Positions 25,981-34,033 of a DNA stretch of 64,000 nucleotides are shown piece by piece (the first letter of the stretch is position 1; each line of letters opens with the position of its first letter). The position numbers were made by a program, and so were the translations under genes. The notes under the pieces are model-generated. The model was not told where the DNA came from and made no database searches. It was given only the letters and a program-made list of their open reading frames with translations. This DNA comes from Petrotoga sp. UBA5851 (GTDB lineage Bacteria; Thermotogota; Thermotogae; Petrotogales; Petrotogaceae). The stretch spans positions 28,069 to 92,068 of the forward strand of contig DJGH01000008.1 in assembly GCA_002431635.1 (NCBI GenBank). The letters are read 5' to 3'.

Positions 25981-28146
25981 ATGAAAATTCTTTTTTTTCT
26001 GATAACATTATGGCTTGTTTCTGTACCTTTATATGCAGATAAGGTTGATTCATATGGAAAAGATCTTTACAGTATAAAGCTTCAGCTTAAGTGGCGGCAT
26101 CAGTTTCAGTTTGCCGGATATTATGCGGCTTTGGAGAAGGGCTTTTATGAACAGGCAGGGCTAGATGTAAGTATTATTGAAGGAGGACCGGATATCTTTC
26201 CGGTGGCGGAGGTATATAACAAAGAAGCACAGTACGGTGTATGCGGATCTGAGCTTCTTCTTCACAGGCTCAGGGGATATCCGCTTGTACTTATTGCAAA
26301 CATTTTTCAGCATTCTCCATTGGTTCTTATGGTCGTAGACAAGTCCGGTATTTACTCTCCTATAGATCTCAGGGGTAAAAAAATTCTGCTTCATGAGGAC
26401 GGAAGTGATGCTGAAATATCAGCAATGCTCATGTCGGAAGGGGTGGATCCTCAAAGCTATGGATACTATGACGGAAGCGTAGATACAGATATGCTGCTTG
26501 AAGGAAAGATTGACGCACTAGCTGTATATATTACCAATGAACCATATCTTTTAAAAAGTATGGGGATGGATATAAGAGTTATCAATCCGCTGAAGTACGG
26601 TATTGATTTTTACGGTGACTGCCTTTTTACAACAGAAGAGGAGATAAATAACTATCCTCTCCGTGTACGGGCATTCCGTCAGGCGAGCATAAAAGGCTGG
26701 GAGTATGCTCTTAATAATATAGATGAAATAGCCTTGCTTATAAAAGAGAAGTACCGCAGCGATGCGGATATTGATATGCTCAGATATGAAGGCAGTACTA
26801 TACGGGACAGTTTTATAATGAATAAAGAAGTAGAGCTTGGCCATACCAATCAGGGACGTTGGGAGGAGATAGGAAAAACTTACCGCCGGCTTGGCATGAC
26901 AGCTTCGTCTTCTCGGATGGAGGGTTTTTTTGCATGGGAGTATGAGAATAATGAGTCTCCCGAAAAGTTACCGTCCAAGCTGCTGCCTTATATGGGAATT
27001 GGCATTCTGAGCTTATTGGCAGGAGGTACGTTGTTTTTTCATATAAAGCTGAAAGTGTACACAAAAAATAAGATTCACAGCCTGCAAAAATTTTTCAGTC
27101 TACCTTCGTACATGCTGCTTGTAATGGATTATAGCGGAAAGATAAAAAATTATAATCAGTCCTGGGCACTTTTGATGAAAAGGTATTTCGGAAGTGAACA
27201 TCCCGAAAATATTAGACAGGTGCTTACTGGTGAAGATGTCGGAAAAATTGAAAAGTTTTGTCATATGAACGATCCTTTACAGAGCTTAATATCTCTGGAG
27301 GTCTTTTTTAAAAATGCAGAAAGCAGTGTCTGGATAAATCTGGACTTCCATCAGGCTTTTGATGAGAAGCTGATTTATGGCATCGCACGTGATATTACTG
27401 AGGAAAAAGCAAGGAATGAAAGAATGGGAGAAAGTGTGGAAATTGCCATGGAAAACGCAAGGAAAAAGACAGATTTCATAGCCAGCATGAGTCATGAGAT
27501 AAGAACTCCAATGAATGCAATGGTTTCTATAACGCAGATGCTTATTGAATCAGGTTTGAGCATTGAACAAAAGGACATAGCGGAAATTCTTATGGTTTCT
27601 CAGCACAATCTTTTGCAGATAATCAATGAGATAATAGATTTTTCAAAACTGGAGGCAGGCAAGGATGAGGTTATTCTGGACAGCTTTAGCATAAAAGAGC
27701 AGGCTAAAAGCATATATCAGCTTTTTGAGGTTATGGCACGCCAGAAAAAGTTAGATTTTAAACTCAACCTAATCAGACCGTTGCCCAACTTTATTATAAG
27801 TGATTCGCAAAAAATCAGACAGATATGTATAAATCTCATTAGTAATGCTTTTAAGTATACTGAAAAGGGTGAAATAATTTTCAGTGTCGGCCTGACTGAG
27901 GCAGGCATTCTTAAGATATCTGTCCAGGATACAGGCATAGGCATAAGCAAGGATGATATTGGCAGGATCTTTAACTTTTACTCCCGTATAGAGCGGAAAG
28001 GAACCGTTAGACAAAGCGGAACCGGCCTGGGGCTTGTCATAAGCCAAAAATATGCGCGGGCCATGGGAGGAGCTGTAACAGTTGAAAGCCAGGTTTCAAA
28101 AGGTTCTGTTTTCACCCTCACCGTTCCTGTGCATGTAATAAATTAA
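25981..28146 (+). CDS. sensor histidine kinase with a periplasmic NMT1/SsuA-like solute-binding domain
   Basis: Domain order is signal/TM, SBP-like domain (QLKWRHQFQFAGYY), TM, PAS-like, H-box SMSHEIRTPMNAM, N-box NLISNAFKYT, G1 DTGIGI, then G2 GTGLGL. Confidence 0.85.
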   Translation: MKILFFLITLWLVSVPLYADKVDSYGKDLYSIKLQLKWRHQFQFAGYYAALEKGFYEQAGLDVSIIEGGPDIFPVAEVYNKEAQYGVCGSELLLHRLRGYPLVLIANIFQHSPLVLMVVDKSGIYSPIDLRGKKILLHEDGSDAEISAMLMSEGVDPQSYGYYDGSVDTDMLLEGKIDALAVYITNEPYLLKSMGMDIRVINPLKYGIDFYGDCLFTTEEEINNYPLRVRAFRQASIKGWEYALNNIDEIALLIKEKYRSDADIDMLRYEGSTIRDSFIMNKEVELGHTNQGRWEEIGKTYRRLGMTASSSRMEGFFAWEYENNESPEKLPSKLLPYMGIGILSLLAGGTLFFHIKLKVYTKNKIHSLQKFFSLPSYMLLVMDYSGKIKNYNQSWALLMKRYFGSEHPENIRQVLTGEDVGKIEKFCHMNDPLQSLISLEVFFKNAESSVWINLDFHQAFDEKLIYGIARDITEEKARNERMGESVEIAMENARKKTDFIASMSHEIRTPMNAMVSITQMLIESGLSIEQKDIAEILMVSQHNLLQIINEIIDFSKLEAGKDEVILDSFSIKEQAKSIYQLFEVMARQKKLDFKLNLIRPLPNFIISDSQKIRQICINLISNAFKYTEKGEIIFSVGLTEAGILKISVQDTGIGISKDDIGRIFNFYSRIERKGTVRQSGTGLGLVISQKYARAMGGAVTVESQVSKGSVFTLTVPVHVIN

Positions 28147-28175
28147 CCCGCAGGCTGGTCTTTCACCTGTGGGTT
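28145..28175. terminator. hairpin between convergent genes (weak T-tract)
   Basis: A 10 bp stem AACCCGCAGG/CCTGTGGGTT. The flanking U-tracts are poor on both strands. Confidence 0.4.
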
Positions 28176-28180
28176 AAGGA

Positions 28181-29905
28181 TTATCCTATAAGCAGAGATT
28201 CAAACTGTGCATTATAAAGATTATAGTAAACTCCTTTTCTTCTTATAAGCTGTTCGTGAGTGCCTTCTTCTTCTATACCGTTTTCTGTAAGGACGATTAT
28301 CCTTTTGGAGTTGCGTATGGTTGCCAGTCTATGGGCGATAATAAGGGTGGTTCTGTCTTTTGAAAGTTCTTCAATAGAGTTTTGAATAATGCTCTCACTT
28401 TTATTGTCCAATGAGGATGTGGCCTCATCAAGAATAAGTATGGGAGGATTTTTAAGAAACATCCGTGCAATTGAAAGGCGTTGTTTCTGTCCTCCTGAAA
28501 GTTTTATTCCCCTTTCTCCTATTATGGTTTCATAGCCATAAGGCATTGCAGTTATAAACTCATCCGCATTGGCCTTGATGCATGCCAGCTTTATCTCATC
28601 ATCTGTTGCATCAAGCTTTCCGTAAGCAACATTCTCTCGGATACTTCCGGAAAAAAGAAAGACATCCTGCTGAACAATTCCGATATTTTTCCTAAGCGAC
28701 TCAAGACAAACAGTGTTTATATCAACTGAATCAATAGTTATACTTCCGCTGTCAATATCATAAAATCTTGGTATCAGGCTGCACAATGTTGTTTTGCCCG
28801 ATCCGGAGGGTCCTACTATTGCAACGCTTTCGCCTTTTTTGATTGTCAGGTTGATATCCTTGAGAACGGTGTTCTTATCGTCATAGCTGAAAGACACATC
28901 TTTAAAGCTGATTTCTCCATGGACATTTTCAAGAAACTTTTCATTGGAGAGCTCTGTCTCCGGCTGAAGCTTAAGTATTTCTACAAATCTTCTGAAGCCT
29001 GCCATTCCTTCCTGATACTGTTCGACAAATCTTAGCAGAATGTTGAGCGGCTGGAGAAACTGGGTCATATAAATTATATAAGCAACAAAGTCTCCGATGT
29101 TTATACTTCCGGTGTATACAAAGTAACCTCCTGCAACCATAGCTATCACTGTGCTGGAGTTCGAGAGAAAATGAATGGTAGAATCGAAGATGCCTATCTG
29201 CTTTACGGTTTCTTCGCGGATGTTTTTCATTTTTTCATTTCCCTCATCAAAACGAGTATTTTCGAATCTTTCGTTTGTGAAGGATTTTACGACTCTTATT
29301 CCCGAGATGGACTCCTCGATCCTCGCATTTATATTAGCATAGCTTTCTTTTGCTCTTCTGAAGGTGTTCTCAAGTTTAGTGTTATATACCACCATAAAGT
29401 AGAACATAAACGGTATTATAAGAAAGACTATCAGTGTAAGCTGCCAGTTTATAGTACATAAAAGTATAAAAGCGCCTATAATCTTAACTATCGAGAGAAA
29501 AAGATCTTCCGGAGCATGATGAGCCGTTTCAGAGATTTCAAAAAGATCGTTGGTTACCCTTGACATAAGATGACCTGTTTTGGTGTTATCAAAGTAAGAT
29601 ATAGGAAGCTTTTGTATATGAGAAAAGATTTCCTTACGCATATCGTACTGTATCCTTAGTCCCAGAATATGTCCGTAGTATCCGACTATGTACTCTAAAA
29701 CCATTCTTGCAAAATATAGTAAAAGTAGGAATAATCCAAAGGCAAAGATCTTTGAAAGGTTTTTGTCCGGTATTACGGTATTGATTATGTATCTGGTTAC
29801 CATAGGATAAGCAAGATCACTTGAAGATATTAGAAATGCGCAAATAATATCAAGGTAAAAAAGCCCCTTGTGAGGTTTGTAGTAGCTGATAAACTTTTTG
29901 ATCAT
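28181..29905 (-). CDS. ABC exporter, fused permease/ATPase (MsbA/multidrug type)
   Basis: 574 aa with six N-terminal TMs, Walker A GPSGSGKTT, signature LSGGQKQR and Walker B ILILDEATSSLD. Confidence 0.85.
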   Translation of the reverse strand: MIKKFISYYKPHKGLFYLDIICAFLISSSDLAYPMVTRYIINTVIPDKNLSKIFAFGLFLLLLYFARMVLEYIVGYYGHILGLRIQYDMRKEIFSHIQKLPISYFDNTKTGHLMSRVTNDLFEISETAHHAPEDLFLSIVKIIGAFILLCTINWQLTLIVFLIIPFMFYFMVVYNTKLENTFRRAKESYANINARIEESISGIRVVKSFTNERFENTRFDEGNEKMKNIREETVKQIGIFDSTIHFLSNSSTVIAMVAGGYFVYTGSINIGDFVAYIIYMTQFLQPLNILLRFVEQYQEGMAGFRRFVEILKLQPETELSNEKFLENVHGEISFKDVSFSYDDKNTVLKDINLTIKKGESVAIVGPSGSGKTTLCSLIPRFYDIDSGSITIDSVDINTVCLESLRKNIGIVQQDVFLFSGSIRENVAYGKLDATDDEIKLACIKANADEFITAMPYGYETIIGERGIKLSGGQKQRLSIARMFLKNPPILILDEATSSLDNKSESIIQNSIEELSKDRTTLIIAHRLATIRNSKRIIVLTENGIEEEGTHEQLIRRKGVYYNLYNAQFESLLIG

Positions 29906-29917
29906 AAGGTCCTCCGT

Positions 29918-30892
29918 TCATACATTACCATTTTTTGAAAAAATAATCTGTTGGTTGTTTTTTATATTTCTGAACTCTTCAAACTTATAGATAAAAGATG
30001 TAAGTGCATCGTTTCCTAAGGATTTGTAGGAATTACAGACGGATTGCAGTACTTTGAAGTTTTCATCAGGTACAGCCGTTTGGAACGATTTTTTAGGTGT
30101 TATGGATATTCTTAGGATATCTTCCGATGAGGCTGTTCCGGAAAGCTCTATGAGTCCCTCAAATTCAAAGTAAGAAAGAAATTCGGTTCTTTTTTCAATA
30201 TCAATGCCTGACTGATGCTTTATATATGAAATACCTGTAAACGGTCTTGCGGAACTGTTATAAAAAAACTTATCGCAAAGCCACATAAAACGTATAAGCC
30301 GTATGTAGCTTTTTTCGGGAATTATACTCGTAACAGCCATAAAAGACAGTTTCACTCTTTCAATATCAATAACTGGATGAGCTTTAAGCACAATAGCTTC
30401 ATAAGGATTTTTTTCTTTTACAATGCCATTAAAGGTTTTTAACTTTTCCAGAATTTTTTTATAAGATTCCGAAGTCATAAGTTTTTTATTTTTTTCCAAA
30501 AGTTCAAAGAAATTTTTAGGCTCCAAAAATGTTTTTATTTTTTCGGAGTCTTCTTTTTTCATAAGATCACCTGCAGTATATTTCTTCAGTGTTGAGTGTG
30601 GTATCTCCATAAGGATCGAAAGTTCTTCAAGAGTACACATAAAAAGTTTCTCGTACTCTTTTAACTGCTGTGAACCTGCCAGGAAATGCTTTTTCTCATA
30701 TATGCGGTAGGCAGCAAAAAGATTTCGCAGATATATAACGTTATTGTCTATTTCATTTCCACAGTTTTTACATACGGCAACCATACCGCTGAACTCTATC
30801 GGCTCTGATCTGACGGTTATAGTCATTTTTTTTTCCCTGAAATAAAAATCGTTCTTGACACCGCAAAGGTTACAGTATAAGTTGTTTTCCAT
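29918..30892 (-). CDS. MqsA-like zinc-ribbon / XRE-HTH / DUF4065 (Panacea-like) domain protein
   Basis: The N-terminus has CNLCG...(27 aa)...CKNCG in the YgiT/MqsA pattern. An HTH-like stretch follows (TLEELSILMEIPHSTLKKYTAGD). The C-terminal block RLIRFMWLCDKFFYNSSARPFTGISYIKHQSG resembles the DUF4065 core. Confidence 0.5.
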   Translation of the reverse strand: MENNLYCNLCGVKNDFYFREKKMTITVRSEPIEFSGMVAVCKNCGNEIDNNVIYLRNLFAAYRIYEKKHFLAGSQQLKEYEKLFMCTLEELSILMEIPHSTLKKYTAGDLMKKEDSEKIKTFLEPKNFFELLEKNKKLMTSESYKKILEKLKTFNGIVKEKNPYEAIVLKAHPVIDIERVKLSFMAVTSIIPEKSYIRLIRFMWLCDKFFYNSSARPFTGISYIKHQSGIDIEKRTEFLSYFEFEGLIELSGTASSEDILRISITPKKSFQTAVPDENFKVLQSVCNSYKSLGNDALTSFIYKFEEFRNIKNNQQIIFSKNGNV

Positions 30893-30893
30893 T

Positions 30894-32264
30894 TTATATG
30901 GCAGGAACCTTGACAGTTTCAGTGATCTTTTTGTTAAGCTCCTTCAGTTCAAAGTACATAAAGACTGTTGTAAGCATGGTTGAGATTCCATCGGACATCG
31001 GTACAGCGTACCATATTCCGTTGAGTCCAAAGAAAAGAGGAAGTATAATAACCATAGGTATCAGTACTATAAGCTGTCTGAGGAGGGTAAGAAACATCGA
31101 TTTCTTAGGTTTCCCTATTGCCTGGAAGTAATTTGAACTTACAATCTGAAATCCTATAACAGGCATAAGAAGAGAAAAAATTCTCATTGCCGGAACCCCT
31201 ATGGAGACTAACTCACCGTCTGTTCTATTAAAAAACTGTATTATCTGTGTTGGGAAAAACATAGCTGACAAAAATCCAAGAACCACAAAAAAAGTGGCTC
31301 CGATATAAGCGTACATAAGGGCTTTTTTTACTCTGTCATACTTTTCTGCACCGTAGTTGTAACCTACGATAGGCTGGGTTCCCTGGTTTATGCCGAATAC
31401 AGGCATCATAACAATCATGGCCGCACTGCTTATTATGCCCATGGCTGCTATAGCTTTATCTCCGCCGTATCTGGCCAGAGAGTTGTTGAGAATAAGATTA
31501 TATACGCTTCCCACAAGCTGTATCGAAAACGGTGCAAGTCCCATAGATACTATCTGACGTACATACTTCCAGCTAAGTTTCATATTGGCTGCATGTATCT
31601 TTACGGTGCTTTTTTTTGCCATAAAGTAATAAAGTACCCATGTCGCAGATACTGCCTGAGATATTATGGTTGCGATAGCTGCTCCCTGAACGCCCATCTT
31701 GAATACAAATATAAACAACGGATCAAGGACAGTGTTCAGGACTGCACCTATTACCATGGTACTCATAGCTCTTTTTGGATTGCCTTCTGCTCTTATAAAA
31801 TGGTTCATTCCGAAACCGATGAACTGAAATATCGAACCATAAAGTATTATGCTCAGATAATCCCTTGCATAGGCTAAGGTATTCTGGCTGGCTCCAAAAA
31901 GAAGAAGAATTTTATCAAGGAACAAAAGAAAGACCACTGAGTAAATCAGCGAAACTCCAATGAGCAGAGTAAATGCATTTGCGGCAATTTTTTCTGCTTC
32001 TTCTTTCTTTTTTTCTCCGAGTTTTATGGAGATAAGAGAGGTTGCACCAAGGCCGATCAGCATTGAAAGAGCCATAGATATGAGCATTATAGGAAAAGTT
32101 ACTGTTAATCCGGAAAGTGCCAGAGAACCAACTCCGTTGCCTATAAAAATCCTGTCTACCACATTATACAGAGCATTTACCAGCATCCCTATTATTGCTG
32201 GTATAGAAAATTTTACAATAAGTTTCTCTATGCTTTCTTCACCTAAAACTTTTGAATGATCCAT
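30894..32264 (-). CDS. MATE family efflux transporter
   Basis: 456 aa with 12 TM segments. The N-terminus has the typical MATE pattern, ...LIVKFSIPAIIGMLVNALYNVVDRIFIG... Confidence 0.85.
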   Translation of the reverse strand: MDHSKVLGEESIEKLIVKFSIPAIIGMLVNALYNVVDRIFIGNGVGSLALSGLTVTFPIMLISMALSMLIGLGATSLISIKLGEKKKEEAEKIAANAFTLLIGVSLIYSVVFLLFLDKILLLFGASQNTLAYARDYLSIILYGSIFQFIGFGMNHFIRAEGNPKRAMSTMVIGAVLNTVLDPLFIFVFKMGVQGAAIATIISQAVSATWVLYYFMAKKSTVKIHAANMKLSWKYVRQIVSMGLAPFSIQLVGSVYNLILNNSLARYGGDKAIAAMGIISSAAMIVMMPVFGINQGTQPIVGYNYGAEKYDRVKKALMYAYIGATFFVVLGFLSAMFFPTQIIQFFNRTDGELVSIGVPAMRIFSLLMPVIGFQIVSSNYFQAIGKPKKSMFLTLLRQLIVLIPMVIILPLFFGLNGIWYAVPMSDGISTMLTTVFMYFELKELNKKITETVKVPAI

Positions 32265-32343
32265 GCTTACCTCCGAAAAATAGTCTTATCATAATGGTAC
32301 TCTAAAAGTATATTTTTTATAAGCTGTTTAGTTTAAATTGCGT

Positions 32344-32371
32344 TAAAAATAAGGGAGAGAGTATCTCCCTT
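32344..32371 (-). terminator. intrinsic terminator after hfq
   Basis: The minus strand reads AAGGGAGA (loop) TCTCCCTT, followed by ATTTTTA. Confidence 0.65.
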
Positions 32372-32385
32372 AAAGTTTAAAACCG

Positions 32386-32628
32386 CTATTTTTTGAAGGT
32401 TGAATCCTTTGGAAACAGCATTATAGTCTTCATGGGATCTATACGGCTTATGGAGCTCTTATATATAAGAGTCTGCTGTCCGTCTTTTTCTATCAGCACT
32501 GTAAACTCATCAAATGACTTTATGTAACCTGAAATACTGAACGTTCCTTCAAAAAAGATCTTAAGTTCTATGTTGTTTACTCTGGCTATGTTCAGCAGCT
32601 TGTCCTGGATTTTGGTTTTTTCTGCCAT
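32386..32628 (-). CDS. hfq: RNA chaperone Hfq
   Basis: 80 aa with an Sm fold pattern, ...KIFFEGTFSISGYIKSFDEFTVLIEKDGQQTLIYKSSISRIDP. Confidence 0.85.
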   Translation of the reverse strand: MAEKTKIQDKLLNIARVNNIELKIFFEGTFSISGYIKSFDEFTVLIEKDGQQTLIYKSSISRIDPMKTIMLFPKDSTFKK

Positions 32629-32640
32629 AAAAGGAACCTC

Positions 32641-33990
32641 CTAATTTTCTTCATTATTCTGAGTTCTTCTGATATATTTGTAAAACGGTTTTTCAAAAAC
32701 GACTTCATTTTTTTGTATAAGTTCCTTAAGCAGGCTGATGCAGGTTTTTTCATCCTGATTATCGAACACATACTCTGAGACATACTTAATATCCTGTGAA
32801 TGGATATCTTCATCTTTAAGGATCCTTTTAATGTAAAAAGTATCCATTGAAGCTTTAAGCTGTTCAAAACTGCCTTTTATTATGACGGGAGTTTTAATGC
32901 TAACATAATCGCTGCCGTCTTTTCCAAGGAACATACCTGAAAACTTAAGGGCGATACCGAAAGAGCTTATAGCTTTGTTTGTAAGACCAAGAGAATCCTT
33001 TGCCTGATGAAGAACCTCGTATATAGTGTTTGACTTTTTCTCTGCAAACGATTTGAAAGTCATATTTACGAAGTTGTTTCTGTACTCCGGGTATGGAAGA
33101 AGTTTTTCATACTTTATCTCCCATCTTCGTGGAGCGGGTACTTTCAGGATTCCGGAATCTGTTTTTATCAGTCTCTTAGATTCTATCATATTTTTTATCA
33201 AATCTTTCAACGATGTTCTTGAATTTGATGATATCCACGGATGGCGGGATATGGCAGTCGATTCAAGAGATTTGTAGTCAACGGGGGTTATGGATGTAAC
33301 GATAAGTCTTTCCATGAAACGCATGTAATTCTCTTCATATTCACTGACTTCATCACTGTTCATAAGCCTGCACTTTATAGCTTTCAATATATCTTCTACA
33401 AAAGCATTCATGGAAGTATACCTGAATTTTGAATAGTCAACGCCGATGCCGGTAATAATTCTTTTTACGATTGCCTCATCGGGAGAAAGATTTTTTTCAT
33501 CAGTCTTTCGTATTATCTCCTCGACAAGATCATCAAAGGTATCTATATCCACTATAGATTCATTTTTTACAATATCCTCGTATGGAATATACATATCGGC
33601 TGCCAGCTGCATATCTGCGGATGTGGTTTTGCTGCGGCTGATGACAATTACAGATTTCCCGTATGTTTTGAGTTTTCTCACCAGTGGCAGAAAGTCTGCG
33701 TCCCCAGTCACAAGAACGTACGATTCTATATGCGGGAACATGAACATAGACTCTATTGTATCCACAGCAAGTTTGATATCGTTTCCTTTCTTATTTGAGA
33801 ATCCATCTTCCGGCATTTCGATCAGTTCTATACCGTACTTTAAAAACGTGAACATGGTAGCCGGATATTTGGACCAGTGTCCATAAGCCTTTCCTCCGAT
33901 AACTTTAGCAAATTCAGCAATCTTTTTTACTATAAGCTCAGGATCAACCGGTTGATTCTGATAGTCCATAAGGATGAAAGAAGTTTTCAT
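32641..33990 (-). CDS. NYN (LabA-like) domain nuclease with an approximately 300 aa uncharacterised C-terminal extension
   Basis: NYN acidic motifs are intact: LMDYQN, GNDIKLAVDTIE and LVTGDADFLPLVRKLKTYGKSVIVIS. GGAGG SD and ATG at 33990. The longer track ORF runs into the ileS terminator hairpin. Confidence 0.7.
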   Translation of the reverse strand: MKTSFILMDYQNQPVDPELIVKKIAEFAKVIGGKAYGHWSKYPATMFTFLKYGIELIEMPEDGFSNKKGNDIKLAVDTIESMFMFPHIESYVLVTGDADFLPLVRKLKTYGKSVIVISRSKTTSADMQLAADMYIPYEDIVKNESIVDIDTFDDLVEEIIRKTDEKNLSPDEAIVKRIITGIGVDYSKFRYTSMNAFVEDILKAIKCRLMNSDEVSEYEENYMRFMERLIVTSITPVDYKSLESTAISRHPWISSNSRTSLKDLIKNMIESKRLIKTDSGILKVPAPRRWEIKYEKLLPYPEYRNNFVNMTFKSFAEKKSNTIYEVLHQAKDSLGLTNKAISSFGIALKFSGMFLGKDGSDYVSIKTPVIIKGSFEQLKASMDTFYIKRILKDEDIHSQDIKYVSEYVFDNQDEKTCISLLKELIQKNEVVFEKPFYKYIRRTQNNEEN

Positions 33991-34003
33991 TTTTTCCTCC
34001 AGT

Positions 34004-34030
34004 ATAAAAATGCGTGGCATAGCCACGCAT
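34004..34030 (-). terminator. intrinsic terminator or attenuator between ileS and the NYN gene
   Basis: The minus strand reads ATGCGTGGC TAT GCCACGCAT (9 bp) followed by TTTTAT. The SD of the next gene follows immediately. Confidence 0.6.
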
Positions 34031-34033
34031 GAA

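Noticed and set aside
25928-25983. A strong GGGGGGAG SD-like string 40 nt upstream of the kinase ATG at 25981. The frame between them is open, which suggests a non-canonical upstream start.
   Set aside because: The only in-frame candidates are ATA and TTA. The extra 13 residues have no homology support. The signal-peptide-like sequence begins at the ATG.
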